A DNA stretch of 64,000 nucleotides, from the NCBI GenBank assembly GCA_964599625.1, contig CAZRGC010000004.1, positions 139,705-203,704 on the forward strand, read 5' to 3'. Each line of letters opens with the position of its first letter. Within the stretch, counting starts at the first letter, position 1. Below, piece after piece: positions 1 to 9,664 of the stretch. The translations under genes and the position numbers were made by a program. The DNA is from an uncultured Gammaproteobacteria bacterium. Its GTDB lineage: Bacteria > Patescibacteriota > Microgenomatia > UBA8517. The notes beneath the pieces were generated by a model. It was given only the letters and a program-made list of their open reading frames with translations. It was not told the DNA's origin and ran no database searches.

Positions 1-1273
1 ATATCACAAAATATAAGTAAAAAATAAGCGCAGGAACACCATGCTCGGCAGCAACCGATAAATAAAAGTTATGTATATCGAGCGGAATTTTCCCAAAAAT
101 GCTTTGCGGTAGTGTCTCAAGTCCCTCCGGAACTACCATTTTTTTACCCACACCCATGACAAAATTTTTTGAAATCAATTCCGCTGAAGCAACAAACTGT
201 TCCACTCTAAATGTTCCTCCTCCCTGATCAAAGGAGTAGAAAGATTTTTGAAATCTAGGCAAAACAAAATATATGAGTATCGCGATTAGTGGAACAGCAA
301 AGAAAAAAGTATATTTGGGCAACTTAATATTAATTTTGAATTTCTTTACCTTTTCGACAATATAAAGAATGGTTAACAATCCGGCCAAAAAACCCATCCA
401 AGAGCTTCTGCTAAGAGTGAGGAGAAAAATAAGCATAGCAGGGACCACTGCAATAAGAATTAGTGAATTTCCCGAAACTAAATAGTAAACGATCAAAAGT
501 AGTAGCCAAATTGAAAATTCTGCCCCCAATGAGTTGGCATGAAAAAAAGTCCCTACAGGTCTATAAGACAAGTTTCGCTCATCCGGTTGATTCCCCCAAT
601 ATGCAGAGCCCGCTTGATATACAAGACTATTTCCTGTAAGAGAATTGGCTGTAAATTGTTTTACTGAAAGAATTGTTTCAAAAATACAAAGCGCGGCCAG
701 CATGAATATAAAAATTTTATAGAATTTTTGACCATCCTTAATATATGCCTGAAGATAAAAATATAGAATATATGGGTTAAGACTCAAAAGGTTGAAGGCC
801 AAAGATAGCCCAGGTTTTTTGGAAACAAAAAGATCGGACAAAATGGTCCAGGTTATATAGATAATCAGAAGATAACTGTGTTTGTAGAAGTCTTTTAGTA
901 ATAACTTTTTGTTAACCAGATCCCTAACGATTATAAACAGCATGATTGCTGCAAAAACGTTTGACGGCGTCACGACAAGGTATGCCAGAAGTCCGTCCTC
1001 AAAATATATAGGGTCGTATATTCCTCCGGGGATAAGCTCTATTACATATGTTTTTCCGATATAAAGAACCGAACTTATCAAAAAAGTAATCAAAAGGGCG
1101 AATTTATAGTTTTTTATTCTAAAGTTTAAAAATAAAAAAAGCAGTACGAATGCCGCCACAATAAACTTGTAACTGGGACTAAATAACCAAACTGTCAGGT
1201 AAAAGATGAGTGTGGTTAAAAAAATGAAAACATTGTTATCCTTGGTGTCTACTTTTTTCGACAGACTTTTCAA
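1..1273 (-). CDS. O-antigen ligase / Wzy_C-domain polytopic membrane protein (partial; C-terminus runs off window start)
   Basis: Hand translation of the minus strand gives a >400-aa multi-TM protein with the Wzy_C/WaaL-like loop motif LTLSRSSWMGFLAGLL. There is no ATG; the likely start is TTG 1271-1273 or GTG 1310-1312. It is absent from the ORF track because of the non-ATG start and truncation. Confidence 0.5.
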   Translation of the reverse strand, partial: MKSLSKKVDTKDNNVFIFLTTLIFYLTVWLFSPSYKFIVAAFVLLFLFLNFRIKNYKFALLITFLISSVLYIGKTYVIELIPGGIYDPIYFEDGLLAYLVVTPSNVFAAIMLFIIVRDLVNKKLLLKDFYKHSYLLIIYITWTILSDLFVSKKPGLSLAFNLLSLNPYILYFYLQAYIKDGQKFYKIFIFMLAALCIFETILSVKQFTANSLTGNSLVYQAGSAYWGNQPDERNLSYRPVGTFFHANSLGAEFSIWLLLLIVYYLVSGNSLILIAVVPAMLIFLLTLSRSSWMGFLAGLLTILYIVEKVKKFKINIKLPKYTFFFAVPLIAILIYFVLPRFQKSFYSFDQGGGTFRVEQFVASAELISKNFVMGVGKKMVVPEGLETLPQSIFGKIPLDIHNFYLSVAAEHGVPALIFYLYFVI

Positions 1274-1382
1274 ACTGTTAATAAAATGTGATTGTGTTAG
1301 ATAACTATTCACTTCTTTTTAGATTAATTTCATAGATTATAATACATATGATTTTGGATGATCTTGAGCATAAGTTAATAGT

Positions 1383-2471
1383 ATGAAAATTGGAATAGAT
1401 GGACTATTGTTTACTACTAAGTTTCCGTGTGGCACCAGAAATTATGCCGAAAAACTTGTCGCAAATTTAGCACGAATTGACAAAAAAAACGAATATTATA
1501 TTTTTGCGACCAAAGATATAACAGTCCCTAAAAGTAAAAGTTTTCATTTTATAAAAATTAAAAGCAGACTTCCGATTTTCAAGCGCCAGATAATCCTACC
1601 CGCAGTTGCAAAAAGGTATGACATAGACCTATTCCATTATTTGGAACCATTCGGGTCGCTCTTCAACACTCATGGTTCTATAATAACTACGGTTCACGAC
1701 TACAATCTTGGCTATACTTACCCTTATATTAAAAGCTTTTTTAGAAGGGTTAATGGTGAAATATTGAGAAGCTTTACCCTAAGGCGTTCAAAATATTTTA
1801 TTACCGATACAAACAACATAAAGAAGGAGTTAAATAACAACGGCTATTCTCAAAAAATCTTTAATATTTATCTAGGAGTAGACGCAATATTCAAGCCGGC
1901 AAAAGTCGGAAATAGAAAAAACAAATATATATTGGCAATGGCGGATTTTGCACCAAGAAAAAATATTAAAAACACGCTCAAGGCTTTTAGCTTGATTCAC
2001 GATAGACTACCGAAACTTAGCATCAAAGTAATAACAACTAATCAAAAGGCTAAAGAAAGGATCTATCGTGAAGCAAAATGCCTAAAAATAGCCGGGAAAG
2101 TTGATGTTTTAGAAAACGTAGATGACAAACGTTTGGCATCAATGTACAGAAATGCTGAATGTTTCGCCTACCCATCGTTGTATGAAGGGTTTGGCTTACC
2201 AATTTTGGAAGCGATGGCGTCGGGTTGCCCCGTTATAACTTCTGATTTTGGGGCCATGAAAGAAATTTCCGGAGGGGCAGCGGTTCTTGTAGACCCCAAC
2301 GATCCAGGAAGTATATCGGCAGCAATCGTAAAATTAGTTAATAACCCCACATTTAGGATGAGTAAGGTGAAATCAGGTATAAATAACGCAAAACGATTTT
2401 CTTGGAAAAATACGGCTAAAGAAACACTTAACGTATACAACTATGCATACAAACAACTTCAGAGTGAATAA
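1383..2471 (+). CDS. glycosyltransferase family 1 (GT4-type)
   Basis: C-terminal EX7E-type motif YEGFGLPILEAMASGCPVITSD typical of GT1/GT4 retaining glycosyltransferases. Confidence 0.85.
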   Translation: MKIGIDGLLFTTKFPCGTRNYAEKLVANLARIDKKNEYYIFATKDITVPKSKSFHFIKIKSRLPIFKRQIILPAVAKRYDIDLFHYLEPFGSLFNTHGSIITTVHDYNLGYTYPYIKSFFRRVNGEILRSFTLRRSKYFITDTNNIKKELNNNGYSQKIFNIYLGVDAIFKPAKVGNRKNKYILAMADFAPRKNIKNTLKAFSLIHDRLPKLSIKVITTNQKAKERIYREAKCLKIAGKVDVLENVDDKRLASMYRNAECFAYPSLYEGFGLPILEAMASGCPVITSDFGAMKEISGGAAVLVDPNDPGSISAAIVKLVNNPTFRMSKVKSGINNAKRFSWKNTAKETLNVYNYAYKQLQSE

Positions 2472-3249
2472 AAAGTCAGGCAGGGTATTTTTTTATATCT
2501 TAATAAGAGGTTGGAAATGTTACGAAAACTTTGATCAATGCATAGATTCTGTACTTAATCAGACTTACACAAATTTTAAGATAATTTTTGTGGATGATAA
2601 CTCTAACTACACAAAGAAACAAAAGCAACATATTGCAAACAAATTAGAAGGGCACATTGTAGTTTTTAACTCTGCAAGGAAATATGCAATTTACAATCAG
2701 TACCATCTTATTCACAAGTTCGCCGATAATGACGATGCCGTTATAGTTAATCTGGACGCCGATGACCGGTTGTTGAATAAAAACGTTTTGTCATATCTAG
2801 GCAAAATTTACACAAAATACCCAAAATGCAACTTTACATATGGTGAGTGCTTGATTGAAGATGAAAATGGAGTTTCTAAAAACGTTTCCGGTAAGCTTCT
2901 GGAACATGCAAATCAAAAGTATCCACCTGATGTTGTAAATAAAAAGGCATACAGAAAGTTTCCTTTTCTGCCACTCCACCCACGAACATTTAAGGTCAGG
3001 ATGTTTAAAAAGATTAAAAAAGAGGATTTCAAACGTTCTGATGGATCATGGTTGAGATTTGCCGAAGATCAGAGTGTTTTCTTCCCGCTTCTGGAGATGA
3101 ACATAGAAGGGCTTTTGGTGATCAAAAAACCACTTTACATTTATAATGCCTCAAATACCAAATCTGATGTAAAGATAAATACACTCGCACTCTTGAGAGA
3201 CGAACTCGAGATTCGTAGAAAAAACATATATGAAAACATTGATATCTGA
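2443..3249 (+). CDS. glycosyltransferase family 2
   Basis: CIDSVLNQTYTNFKIIFVDDNS and a DxD (NLDADD) motif; start uncertain (overlaps the upstream gene by 29 nt). Confidence 0.7.
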   Translation: MHTNNFRVNKKSGRVFFYILIRGWKCYENFDQCIDSVLNQTYTNFKIIFVDDNSNYTKKQKQHIANKLEGHIVVFNSARKYAIYNQYHLIHKFADNDDAVIVNLDADDRLLNKNVLSYLGKIYTKYPKCNFTYGECLIEDENGVSKNVSGKLLEHANQKYPPDVVNKKAYRKFPFLPLHPRTFKVRMFKKIKKEDFKRSDGSWLRFAEDQSVFFPLLEMNIEGLLVIKKPLYIYNASNTKSDVKINTLALLRDELEIRRKNIYENIDI

Positions 3250-3643
3250 TAAAACGATTACTGTAGGTACAACAAAGGTTAAATTTTTGAGAAATATAAC
3301 CGCGTTCTTGCAGTTTGTTTTTCACCGTGTTGGGTTGCAAAAAAAAATATATTTGTCAGATGGATATTACGGATGGAATAAAATGTTGGTTGAAGATATA
3401 AACCGTTTATACAAAATTGCTCGAATTGAAGATCTTGGCTTGGGTCTTCTGACAGAAAAAATATTGATAAAAAAAGTGGTAGACATTCAGCACAAGATCA
3501 ATCTGAATAGTTTTTCTAAAGACCAACTATACTCTGCCATGTGGACACTGGTTTTTTGCGACTATGCATCGGAGATGTCTAAAAAGAACATCAAGAAGAT
3601 ACTTCCGTCTGATTTCCCCGTATATTTTGGAGCCCTGGGATAG
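3230..3643 (+). CDS. hypothetical protein
   Basis: 137-aa ORF between glycosyltransferase genes; no recognisable motif. Confidence 0.3.
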   Translation: MKTLISDKTITVGTTKVKFLRNITAFLQFVFHRVGLQKKIYLSDGYYGWNKMLVEDINRLYKIARIEDLGLGLLTEKILIKKVVDIQHKINLNSFSKDQLYSAMWTLVFCDYASEMSKKNIKKILPSDFPVYFGALG

Positions 3644-4718
3644 ATAAAACATCACTCAGCTTCTTTTGAATACCGTTGTTTTTCAGAATTTTGAGAGTTT
3701 TTGCTTTCGAAATTTTAACACTCGAAGCGCTTTCGCAAACCTTTTTGATTGTATTAACAAAGTCCTCTTTTGTTTTATATGTGTATATTGGTATTTTTTC
3801 TTTGAGCTCTTTTGAGATTTTTAGTTCCGGACATATTGTGGGAACGCCCATACTCAGATAGTCATATATTTTTATCGGGTTTGAATATAAGTTGAAAATA
3901 TCACTCCGGATATAGGGAATAATTCCAGCCCCGCACTTTGGAAGTTTACTTATTTTTTTAATACTTAAATACTTAACGTTTTTGCAACTAACTATTTTCC
4001 CCCACAACTTACCGCGTTCTACATCGGCATCTTCTTGATAATATTTGTTTAAATATACTTCTCCGGCAAAGTAGAAGGTATAATCCGGTAAATTTTTAAC
4101 AGCGTATAAAACCAACCTGTAGTCTATCCTTTGCGATATTCCACCATAAAACAATACCGATTTTTTGTTTTCAGATTTTTGGTCATATATTTGAGGACTT
4201 TCTATATATCCAGATGACACAATCTGCACATTATTGTTTAATGCAGATAACAACTTTTGCATATATCTTGTGTTTGTCAAAACAATATCCATCTCTTCAA
4301 TAAATTTTTTACGTAAATCAAACTCACCTTTATGAATATCGGGGCAATCAAAAATTTTTAGGTCTGAAGGTATTTTGGAATAAATTGGGTCATAATATGC
4401 AGAAGTTGTAATCAGTATTATTTTATGTCTCAAAATTAACTTTTTAAACCATAATAGACAATTGAGGATCAAATACATAAGTTTGTTTTTTGGGTAATTG
4501 TCCCAAACAAAAAAGTTCTTTTTTCCAAGGGCCAAGAGTGGAATGTTGGCAATAAAACGGTATGGAAATTTGGATGACACAAAACTTTTGGTTGTCGGGA
4601 GGCTTACAAAAAAAATGTCATGTTTTTTTGATAATTTTTTTGTAAAAAAAACCCTGTGATGTGGTGGGTATCCGTATGGAACTACAGAGCAGTATACAAT
4701 AGTATTTCTTTTGGTCAT
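3591..4718 (-). CDS. glycosyltransferase, GT1-like (GT-B fold)
   Basis: C-terminal half resembles the GT1 donor-binding domain (VLFYGGISQRIDYRL...GAGIIPYI...IYDYLSMGVPTI). Confidence 0.55.
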   Translation of the reverse strand: MTKRNTIVYCSVVPYGYPPHHRVFFTKKLSKKHDIFFVSLPTTKSFVSSKFPYRFIANIPLLALGKKNFFVWDNYPKNKLMYLILNCLLWFKKLILRHKIILITTSAYYDPIYSKIPSDLKIFDCPDIHKGEFDLRKKFIEEMDIVLTNTRYMQKLLSALNNNVQIVSSGYIESPQIYDQKSENKKSVLFYGGISQRIDYRLVLYAVKNLPDYTFYFAGEVYLNKYYQEDADVERGKLWGKIVSCKNVKYLSIKKISKLPKCGAGIIPYIRSDIFNLYSNPIKIYDYLSMGVPTICPELKISKELKEKIPIYTYKTKEDFVNTIKKVCESASSVKISKAKTLKILKNNGIQKKLSDVLSIPGLQNIRGNQTEVSS

Positions 4719-5644
4719 TTATTAATTGGCTTCTTATAAAAACCGTAAATATAACCGCAAAGAAATATAAAATTCAAAAGTAACATTGCCGGGACGTACT
4801 TCAGACGAGGCTTTCCTGCTCTGTAGGGGAAGGTGGAAAAAAAGTTTTTAGTTGCAAAAATACACCTATTTGTGAAGGTTGTTTTTTTTGGTAGGAGCAA
4901 TGTTAGGTGATATGTGCTTTTACCCAAACCGTAATAGAACCACTGTTTCACAAAACCCTCAAAGGTGGTTCTGTAGTCGTGTTTAACGCTTATTTTTTTA
5001 TGAAAGTAAATATGTGCCCCGTGTTTGACAAGTTTTTTGGAAAAATCATGATCCTCCGATGAATAAGCAAGTCTGTTATCGAATTTTATATTGTTTTTGA
5101 CAAGGAAAGATTTTTTGTAAACAGAATTCCCCGCTGGGACACTGAATACAATTCCTTCGTAGTCGAATTCGTGGCCCGATATTGAATTCCACACCCCATT
5201 CCAATAGTTATTTCCGTGTTTTGGTATTTTTGGTCCACACAAAACATCTAGTGTGGGATCTGACAAAAAGATATCTCTTACGTTTGCCACCCAATCTGCT
5301 GGCATGTATTCGTCATCGTCGATAAAAGCAAAAAAATTCGATTTCACACTTCTTAGAGCTTCATTTCTGGAAAATGCCAAACCTTTGTGTGGAACTTTAA
5401 TGTGTTTAAAATTAATTTTGCGTTTCTTAATAATCGAACTGTATTGTTTAACATCATCCGAGGATACATTGTCTGATGCATCAATTACAAAAACATTTTG
5501 TGGTTTTACTTTGTTGGTTGCGATTCTGCTAAGACATGACTTTAGTTGGGGAACCCTGTTTCTAGTAATTATAGCTATATCTATTTTGAATTTAGTCATA
5601 CTTATCAGCTTTAACCTTTCTTTTGGAATATTTCTCAAGAACAC
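4715..5644 (-). CDS. glycosyltransferase family 2
   Basis: IAIITRNRVPQLKSCLSRI...VFVIDASDN and a DDDEY motif; GT-A fold. Confidence 0.75.
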   Translation of the reverse strand: MFLRNIPKERLKLISMTKFKIDIAIITRNRVPQLKSCLSRIATNKVKPQNVFVIDASDNVSSDDVKQYSSIIKKRKINFKHIKVPHKGLAFSRNEALRSVKSNFFAFIDDDEYMPADWVANVRDIFLSDPTLDVLCGPKIPKHGNNYWNGVWNSISGHEFDYEGIVFSVPAGNSVYKKSFLVKNNIKFDNRLAYSSEDHDFSKKLVKHGAHIYFHKKISVKHDYRTTFEGFVKQWFYYGLGKSTYHLTLLLPKKTTFTNRCIFATKNFFSTFPYRAGKPRLKYVPAMLLLNFIFLCGYIYGFYKKPINK

Positions 5645-6329
5645 TAACTTTACCCTCTTTTACCAGCTTTCCTTCCGAAAGCCACACTATTTTAGAACAA
5701 ATTGATTTTAGAAAACCCAAATCATGACTCACAAATATCATTGTTTTACCCGATTTTCTAAACTCATCAATTTTTTGTAAACATTTTTTTCTAAATTTTT
5801 CATCTCCAACCGATACATTTTCATCCAAGAGGTAAATATCTGCATCAGTGTGAACTACTATCGAAAATCCCAAACGAAGTTTCATTCCTTGAGAGTAAGT
5901 ATAGAAGGGTGAATCAATGAATTTGCCGATTTCTGCAAATTTCACTATTTTTGACATCTTTTCATCAACTTCTTTTTTGGACATTCCAACCAACATGCCA
6001 TTTAGAACAATGTTTTGTCTACCTGTAAGCTCCGGGTGAAAACCAGCATCAAGTTCAATTAAGGACGCAACCTTCTTTGATATTTCAACTATCCCCGAAG
6101 ACGGATAAGTTATTCCTGATATTATTTCCATAAGAGTAGTTTTTCCCGAACCGTTTGACCCGATTATTCCTACGGATTCCCCCGAAAAAATTTTAAGGCT
6201 TATGTTTTTTAACGCCCAGAAGGTTTCGTTTCCAGACCTAGAAAGAAGGCTTTCCACCAACGTTGGCTTTTCCCTGTATAAGGTATATTTTTTGGAAACT
6301 TTTTCGAGAACTACGATTGCTGTTTGCAT
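5592..6329 (-). CDS. polysaccharide/teichoic-acid export ABC transporter ATP-binding protein (Wzt/TagH/KpsT-like)
   Basis: Walker A GSNGSGKTTL, Walker B LLDE, and ABC signature region; paired with an ABC-2 permease. Confidence 0.85.
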   Translation of the reverse strand: MQTAIVVLEKVSKKYTLYREKPTLVESLLSRSGNETFWALKNISLKIFSGESVGIIGSNGSGKTTLMEIISGITYPSSGIVEISKKVASLIELDAGFHPELTGRQNIVLNGMLVGMSKKEVDEKMSKIVKFAEIGKFIDSPFYTYSQGMKLRLGFSIVVHTDADIYLLDENVSVGDEKFRKKCLQKIDEFRKSGKTMIFVSHDLGFLKSICSKIVWLSEGKLVKEGKVSVLEKYSKRKVKADKYD

Positions 6330-6337
6330 AAATTATT

Positions 6338-7129
6338 TTAAAGCCAGTCAACAAAATATCTGCTGTTTTTTCTGAACACCCAAATTCCACATATCAACAT
6401 AAAAATGGTAAGAATCAAATTTGAAATAATCAGATTTTGATTAACGTGTCCCTGACCTGTAATACCCAGATGCATCAGTTCAAATATTGAAGTCAAAGGA
6501 TTTAATGCAAAAATTAAAAACGTTTTTGTGTTTTCAGGTGGTAAATTGTAAAGAATTGGCGTTGCGTAAAACCACAAAGTCAAAACAGTTTGAACAAAAA
6601 AATTAACATCTCTGAATCTCACGTTAAGACTTGATGTGAGAAGTGATACTCCCAAGGTAAAAACCAAAAGCCATATTAGTGCCGGCAGAGCCATCACAAA
6701 AGCGGCTAAATTTACTTTGAAAATAAATGTCAATATAAACGAAAACAAAATCAGTGAGATAAGCATATTAAAAAAATTCGCCAGAACTATTGATATAGGT
6801 ATGGATTCGATTGGAAATTTAGTCTTTTGCAATAAAGTGCGTTCGTGAACTATGCTTGGAGTAGCTTTAGACAGGGAAAGCGAAAAGAATTGCCAAGGAA
6901 GTAGTCCACTGAACAAAAAAGCAAAATAGTTGGGTATATGGATAAAGAAGCTGAAAATAATCCCAATTGTAAGCATTTGGAGAACCGGGTTCAAAATTAC
7001 CCACAAAAAACCAAAAAGCGCTCTTTTGTAGCGTGCACCGATCTCCTTTGCTGTCATTGCGTATAAAAAATCGAAATAGTAAGTAATACCTGCTTTGTTT
7101 ATTTTTCTCACATGCAAATGATACAGCAA
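6338..7129 (-). CDS. ABC-2 type transporter permease (Wzm/TagG/KpsM-like)
   Basis: 263 aa with about 6 TM segments, immediately upstream of the ABC ATPase. Confidence 0.8.
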   Translation of the reverse strand: MLYHLHVRKINKAGITYYFDFLYAMTAKEIGARYKRALFGFLWVILNPVLQMLTIGIIFSFFIHIPNYFAFLFSGLLPWQFFSLSLSKATPSIVHERTLLQKTKFPIESIPISIVLANFFNMLISLILFSFILTFIFKVNLAAFVMALPALIWLLVFTLGVSLLTSSLNVRFRDVNFFVQTVLTLWFYATPILYNLPPENTKTFLIFALNPLTSIFELMHLGITGQGHVNQNLIISNLILTIFMLICGIWVFRKNSRYFVDWL

Positions 7130-7133
7130 AAAA

Positions 7134-8486
7134 TTATTTTGTTGAGGTGATTATGCTTTGTATGCCATGAGCCTTGGAAAAACAGGTGTTTGTCCAATGG
7201 TTGGGGTCGTCACTGACATCTGATTTGTAATTATATTTGTTTATTATCTCTCTTTGGCTAAACGGTGTGCTAATGAGATTAATTTCCGGAACTTTTAGAT
7301 TTAATACACCGGACTCAACCTGCGATGCCATCAATCTGTTGCGGTTTTCAATTTGTATAGAAATATTTTGAGCCTCTTTTATGGCTGATAAGCCGTTGCC
7401 AAACGTGCTTACAACTAAAAAGGACAATAAGGTGAGTTCGAATATTGTACTTTTTGGCATCATCTCAGCCAAAAATACTATTCCCATTATTGCAATTATT
7501 TCAAATGCAAAGGCCCTTCTAAAGTTAAATAATTGTTCGGTGGGAAGGAGAGAAAAACTAAGTATTGTTCCGACAGCGATGGCAAATAAGTGCCAAAAAA
7601 ACGGTTTCTTCAGGTTCGCAAAAAAGTTTGAATTTGTCATAGATACAAACCAGAAAAAAACAAATATCCAACCTAATGTGGTTTGGCCTGCAAAAGTGTC
7701 AAGATTGTTTACAATTCTCTGGTTTAACTGAAGTGGCATTTCGTAGACAGTAGCTTTGAGAAAGTTGCCCTTAGATGAAAACAGAAGAATAGTCCCAAGC
7801 AAATGCAAAGCTGCAACAAGAACTATCGTTTTAGATAACTTGTTTTTGTTTGAGTAAATTTTGTAAGTTATAAAAACAAAAACTGCAGAAATTGCAAGAG
7901 ACATGTGTTCTATAAACATTGAACCTGTTAATGCAGCAGTGGGGTATATAAATTTTTCTAAAGTCGTTAGCTTTTTCTCTTCGTTATTTCTTACAAAATG
8001 AAGAAGTGGAATTGCGGAAACAAGTTCCAGAACAACCCCCCACAAGTAACCAATTGAACCCGTTTTCCATAATGCTATCTCCCCTACCCCTTGAGTAGCA
8101 GAAAAGACAAGGCTGAAGATTAAAAGTAATAAAATAGTGTCCCGGTATCCCCTGGGATCCCTTCCGGTAGCTAGCTTGAAAATCAGGTAGATAAGTGAGG
8201 TAAAAAAAAGAGAATTTAAAAAATTAAAATATGGCAAGGAAGACGGAATGTTTCCGAAAACCAAATAGTTAGACAAATGTGCAAAAAATCTGCCGTTCCA
8301 GTTTATGTATCTGTCTACTGCTGTTGCTATCGCTTCGGGAAAAGTTGTTGATACTGCGATTCTACAGAAATCGTCAGCCCACAATGGTGTTTTTGCATTG
8401 AGGTATAACATAAATAAAAATATTCCGAGAAGCAAAGCAAATGGAATGAGTATATTTATATGGTTTAATTTTTTTTCATTATTCAT
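7134..8486 (-). CDS. polytopic membrane protein, possible glycan polymerase / GT-C-like
   Basis: 450 aa with at least 10 predicted TM segments in the glycan locus; no soluble catalytic motif recognised. Confidence 0.45.
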   Translation of the reverse strand: MNNEKKLNHINILIPFALLLGIFLFMLYLNAKTPLWADDFCRIAVSTTFPEAIATAVDRYINWNGRFFAHLSNYLVFGNIPSSLPYFNFLNSLFFTSLIYLIFKLATGRDPRGYRDTILLLLIFSLVFSATQGVGEIALWKTGSIGYLWGVVLELVSAIPLLHFVRNNEEKKLTTLEKFIYPTAALTGSMFIEHMSLAISAVFVFITYKIYSNKNKLSKTIVLVAALHLLGTILLFSSKGNFLKATVYEMPLQLNQRIVNNLDTFAGQTTLGWIFVFFWFVSMTNSNFFANLKKPFFWHLFAIAVGTILSFSLLPTEQLFNFRRAFAFEIIAIMGIVFLAEMMPKSTIFELTLLSFLVVSTFGNGLSAIKEAQNISIQIENRNRLMASQVESGVLNLKVPEINLISTPFSQREIINKYNYKSDVSDDPNHWTNTCFSKAHGIQSIITSTK

Positions 8487-8494
8487 AAGCTATT

Positions 8495-9664
8495 TTAAAA
8501 AGCCCAGTTCCCTTGTATGAACAGATACAAAAAGACAGCCTGCAACAAAATAAAAAGACTTACGGTTCCAATAAAAAAAGATTTCGACTTACTAATAAGT
8601 GCAAGTGAGATAAAAAGCGGGAATATCGGAAGTGCAAACCTGGGCATGCTTGCCCATGTTGGAGTTAGTGTGACGAGGCCCAACGAAAGTAATACATAAA
8701 CCGAATACGACAGTCTTATCTTTTTAAATAGTCCTGCAAATGCCATTAAAATGTTATAAATCCAGGAAACAACCACAGCCCCACCCTCCATTATCCAATC
8801 TCGCGGACCAAGCACAAAAAATTTATTATAACTTCTGACTATCGCATACCACGGAACTGTTATGAATTCCCAATAGTCTGTTTTTAATGAGTCCATGTAT
8901 TCAAACGGATTACCAAAGATTTTCTTGTTTAGGATCAAATATGAGCAAAATGCCACAGGCACAAGTCCTAGCCACAAGATGTTTTTTTTGATTTTTTTGT
9001 AATCAAAATTAACAGACTGAAAATATTCCGTAATCAGAAAGATAAAGATTACTATTCCGTTTAGTCTGGTGAGAGTCGCCAAAAATCCCAATATTCCTGT
9101 AATTTTCCATTTGCCCAACCTGGCATAGTAAACGGATGCAAAAAGTGTAGCCATGTATAAACTCTCCGAATATCCTGCGTGCAAAAAGTATGCAGTGGGA
9201 AATGAAACAAGATACACAACCGTTTTCCATGAGACTTCGTCGTCGTAGTCTAACCTTACTATTTTGTATAAATAATAAATTGCTATCAAAAATGAAACAT
9301 TTGCAATTAAAAGCGAAGATAAAAGATAGCTGTTTGTTAACAGAGTAAAAGATCTTATCAACCATGGAAATAACGGCATGTATGGAATTGATGCATGGTT
9401 AAGTAAAGAAGCCTTGAGATACCCGTTTTCGGCTAAATTTAAATAGTGCAGTGTATCCCACCTCAGCCATATGTTTAGGTCAAAAATGTACTTGTTTTGG
9501 GATATTTGAAAATAAAATAAAGATATGAGAAAAGTTATAAAGATACTTGCCAAAGAGTAATAAAGTATTTCACGAAGCTCCTTTTTGATCGTCATTGCCA
9601 AACAATTATATATTAATCGATTGTTACATTTTGGATAAAAAACAAGCTTGCGATGCAAATGCAA
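8495..9664 (-). CDS. polytopic membrane protein, GT-C-type glycosyltransferase-like (PMT_2/DUF2029-like)
   Basis: 389 aa, multi-TM, in the glycan locus. Confidence 0.4.
   Translation of the reverse strand: MHLHRKLVFYPKCNNRLIYNCLAMTIKKELREILYYSLASIFITFLISLFYFQISQNKYIFDLNIWLRWDTLHYLNLAENGYLKASLLNHASIPYMPLFPWLIRSFTLLTNSYLLSSLLIANVSFLIAIYYLYKIVRLDYDDEVSWKTVVYLVSFPTAYFLHAGYSESLYMATLFASVYYARLGKWKITGILGFLATLTRLNGIVIFIFLITEYFQSVNFDYKKIKKNILWLGLVPVAFCSYLILNKKIFGNPFEYMDSLKTDYWEFITVPWYAIVRSYNKFFVLGPRDWIMEGGAVVVSWIYNILMAFAGLFKKIRLSYSVYVLLSLGLVTLTPTWASMPRFALPIFPLFISLALISKSKSFFIGTVSLFILLQAVFLYLFIQGNWAF

Noticed and set aside
2168-2440. Antisense and embedded ORFs in the track (e.g. 2168-2440, 9009-9365, 17363-17713, 28269-28816, 34288-35866 minus-strand set, 42202-43350 plus-strand set, 55116-55895)
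   Set aside because: They lie wholly within, and antisense to, long ORFs that carry clear family motifs, so they are shadow ORFs. They have low-complexity or odd composition and no motifs.
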